Source: Gammaproteobacteria bacterium
GTDB taxonomy: Bacteria > Pseudomonadota > Gammaproteobacteria > GCA-2400775
NCBI GenBank assembly: GCA_013151045.1
Contig: JAADIY010000007.1
Location: forward strand, 8,095 to 72,094
Direction: 5' to 3'
Length of the DNA: 64,000 nt
Shown piece after piece: positions 62,146 through 64,000 of the stretch. The notes under the pieces were generated by a model. The model ran no database searches. It was not told the origin of the DNA and saw only the letters and a program-made list of their open reading frames with translations. The translations under genes and the position numbers were made by a program. Each line of letters opens with the position of its first letter. Within the stretch, counting starts at the first letter, position 1.

Positions 62146-63707
62146 GCTTGGCCCTGCTCATCGCTTGATAAACGCGGACTTACCATGTGATGCCAACGCA
62201 AACCTGCCAAATACAAGGACAATAAATAAACTGCCGCACCAATGAATAACCACAGCACTAAACTTAGCCCACGCTGATACCAAAGCTGTTCTACCCACTC
62301 TGACAAGGCTGGCACTAAGAAAAACAGTACAAAGCCCATTAGTACCGTCGCAATAGCAATCCGAGCAAATAACACACTCCAGCCTGAGCGTGCCTGATAA
62401 ATACCCTCTCGTCGCAGCAAATAAAGCAGACACACAGCGTTAAGCCATGCAGATAATGATGTTGCTAAGGCCAAGCCCGCATGCTGCAGCGGGAAAACCA
62501 AGGCGAGGTTCAAAACCATATTAGCGACCATGGCAATCACCGCAATTTTTACCGGCGTTTTCATATCGTGACGCGAATAAAATCCGGCTGCCAAGACTTT
62601 AATCATAATAAATGCGGCCAAACCCAAGGAATACGCCAATAAACTTTTACCCGCCATCGCAACATCATGCTCAGTAAACGCGCCGTACTGAAACAAGGTC
62701 ACCAACATAGGCTCTGCCAATAACATCAATCCCACCGTTGATGGCATTGCAATAATCGCGACCCAGCGTAACGCCCAATCTAAGGTTTGAGAAAACTGCT
62801 GCGGTGACTCTATAGTGTGCTGCTGCGACAGCCTGGGCAGTATTACTGTTGCTAATGCCACCCCAAACACACCAAGCGGAAACTCAACCAAGCGATCTGA
62901 ATAGTAAAGCCAGCTGATACTGCCGGTCACCAAGAAAGACGCCAGCAATGTATCGATTAATAAATTAATCTGCGCTACCGATGAGCCAAAAATTGCTGGC
63001 AACATGAGTTTTTTTATACGGCTGACGCCTTCATCATCAGCACCTCGACGCGGCCTAGGCAGCATTCTAATTTTAGCTAAAAAAGGAAACTGGAATAATA
63101 GCTGCGCTACGCCGGCAATGAACACTCCCCACGCCAATGCCATAATGGGCTGATCAAAATAAGGCGCCATGACTACCGCAGCGAAAATCAACGATATATT
63201 CAGCAAAACCGGGGTAAAAGCCGGCACCGCAAAACGCCCATATGTATTTAATATGCTGCCAGCAAATGCGGTCAACGAAATAAAAAAGATATAAGGAAAG
63301 GTAATACGCAGCATATCTACTGCCAGCTCAAATTTACCTTCGTTACCGATAAACCCTGGCGCAAAAATCATGACCAATAGTGGCGCAGCAATCACGCCGA
63401 TAATGGTCACAACCAACAGAGTCAGCCCTAATGAAGCAACCACACTGTCGGCAAGGCGTTTAACGTCTTCCTCGCCACGTTGCGCTTTATACTCCGACAG
63501 TACTGGGACGAACGCCAAGGAAAAAGCGCCTTCGGCAAACAAACGCCTGAGGAAGTTGGGAATTTTAAAAGCGATAAAAAACGCGTCGGCGACAAGGCTA
63601 GCACCGAAAATCCGCGCGATGATGACATCTCTAATAAAACCGAGTATACGCGACAAAAACGTCATCGAGCTAACGCTAACAGAAGATTTGAGCAGGCCTT
63701 TACTCAC
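62142..63707 (-). CDS. murJ: lipid II flippase MurJ (MviN)
   Basis: 521 aa, ~14 TM, MurJ/MviN-type N-terminus. Confidence 0.9.
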   Translation of the reverse strand: MSKGLLKSSVSVSSMTFLSRILGFIRDVIIARIFGASLVADAFFIAFKIPNFLRRLFAEGAFSLAFVPVLSEYKAQRGEEDVKRLADSVVASLGLTLLVVTIIGVIAAPLLVMIFAPGFIGNEGKFELAVDMLRITFPYIFFISLTAFAGSILNTYGRFAVPAFTPVLLNISLIFAAVVMAPYFDQPIMALAWGVFIAGVAQLLFQFPFLAKIRMLPRPRRGADDEGVSRIKKLMLPAIFGSSVAQINLLIDTLLASFLVTGSISWLYYSDRLVEFPLGVFGVALATVILPRLSQQHTIESPQQFSQTLDWALRWVAIIAMPSTVGLMLLAEPMLVTLFQYGAFTEHDVAMAGKSLLAYSLGLAAFIMIKVLAAGFYSRHDMKTPVKIAVIAMVANMVLNLALVFPLQHAGLALATSLSAWLNAVCLLYLLRREGIYQARSGWSVLFARIAIATVLMGFVLFFLVPALSEWVEQLWYQRGLSLVLWLFIGAAVYLLSLYLAGLRWHHMVSPRLSSDEQGQA

Positions 63708-63859
63708 GTAAGTCCCTGAATAATATTAAAATAAGTCGGCTAGTGTAGCGCGCACTCCAATAATTAGCAGCATTAGAGACGATAAAGCGGCTAGATATTG
63801 ACATCAGGCCAGGATATATCGATAATGTCCGGCTCAAATACTGTTTTTGGAGCAATACC

Positions 63860-64000
63860 TTGGCAAACTCTGCTCAAGCCAGAAAACGCGCACGTCAAGC
63901 TGAACGACGCCGCATTCAAAACTCTGCGAAGCGTTCAGAATTTCGTACCGCAATTAAAAAAGTCCTTTACGCTATTGAATCTGGCGAAAAAGACAAAGCC
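63860..64000 (+). CDS. rpsT: 30S ribosomal protein S20 (5' partial, runs off window end)
   Basis: In-frame translation [47 protein letters not shown] matches S20; UUG start (as in E. coli rpsT) 7 nt after GGAG; not in ORF track because it has no stop in window. Confidence 0.8.
   Translation, partial: MANSAQARKRARQAERRRIQNSAKRSEFRTAIKKVLYAIESGEKDKA

Noticed and set aside
408-63711. Numerous 60-180-aa ORFs nested in or antisense to the large conserved genes (for example 408-695, 3293-3520, 4328-4678, 9744-10025, 35045-35479, 60250-60780, 63370-63711)
   Set aside because: They are fully contained in high-confidence conserved CDSs on the opposite strand or in an alternative frame. They have low-complexity, Ser/Pro/Arg-rich translations typical of out-of-frame GC-skewed sequence.

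Overview
This 64-kb window is chromosomal DNA from a gammaproteobacterium with moderate/low GC. Gene order is strikingly Pseudomonas-like (rpsT-murJ-ribF-ileS-lspA-ispH-pilE-pilY1-pilX-pilW-pilV-fimU-thiO; tonB3-yqgE-ruvX-pyrR-pyrB-pyrC'; gshB next to pilG), but there are several lineage-specific insertions. Most of it is housekeeping. It holds ugd, a central-carbon cluster (fba, pyk, pgk, gap, tkt), the methyl cycle (metK, ahcY, metF), rsmE, gshA-gshB, yqgE-ruvX-pyrRBC', pntAB, bipA, tRNA-Thr(CGU), the minor-pilin operon fimU-pilVWX-pilY1-pilE, and the ispH-lspA-ileS-ribF-murJ block with the 5' end of rpsT. The accessory and unusual content is as follows. (1) A four-gene cluster at about 37.6-41.1 kb, which I rate the most interesting. 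It has a radical-SAM/Cys-rich 'selenodomain' protein (ArsS-like), an ArsM-like SAM methyltransferase with the conserved cysteines, a GT2-like transferase and a DUF2064/CofC-like transferase. These are the gene families I remember as 'rSAM/selenodomain-associated' and linked to arsenosugar-type biosynthesis, and the two transferases have no known role. (2) Directly downstream, a cobalamin-riboswitch-controlled btuB-cobO-orf operon that converges on cobC-cbiB-ampD, including an uncharacterised Rossmann protein. (3) A Pil-Chp chemosensory cluster (pilG-pilI-pilJ-chpA-chpB) with no pilH and no pilK (CheR), a PilJ-like receptor in which I cannot find the canonical MCP signalling tip, and a ChpB with an apparent His-to-Gln change at the catalytic position. 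(4) An apbE / NusG-II-domain / Gx-transporter triad fused to a TonB3-like gene, inserted relative to Pseudomonas synteny. (5) Two small MITE/REP-like elements with terminal inverted repeats and internal tandem repeats (23.69-24.03 kb and 27.08-27.24 kb). (6) An orphan PyrK-like 2Fe-2S/FAD protein after pyrC', and a solo pilU. There are no CRISPR arrays, transposases or prophage genes. All calls rest on reading the six-frame translations and the DNA by eye, with no searches run, so family assignments are from memory of conserved motifs and synteny.
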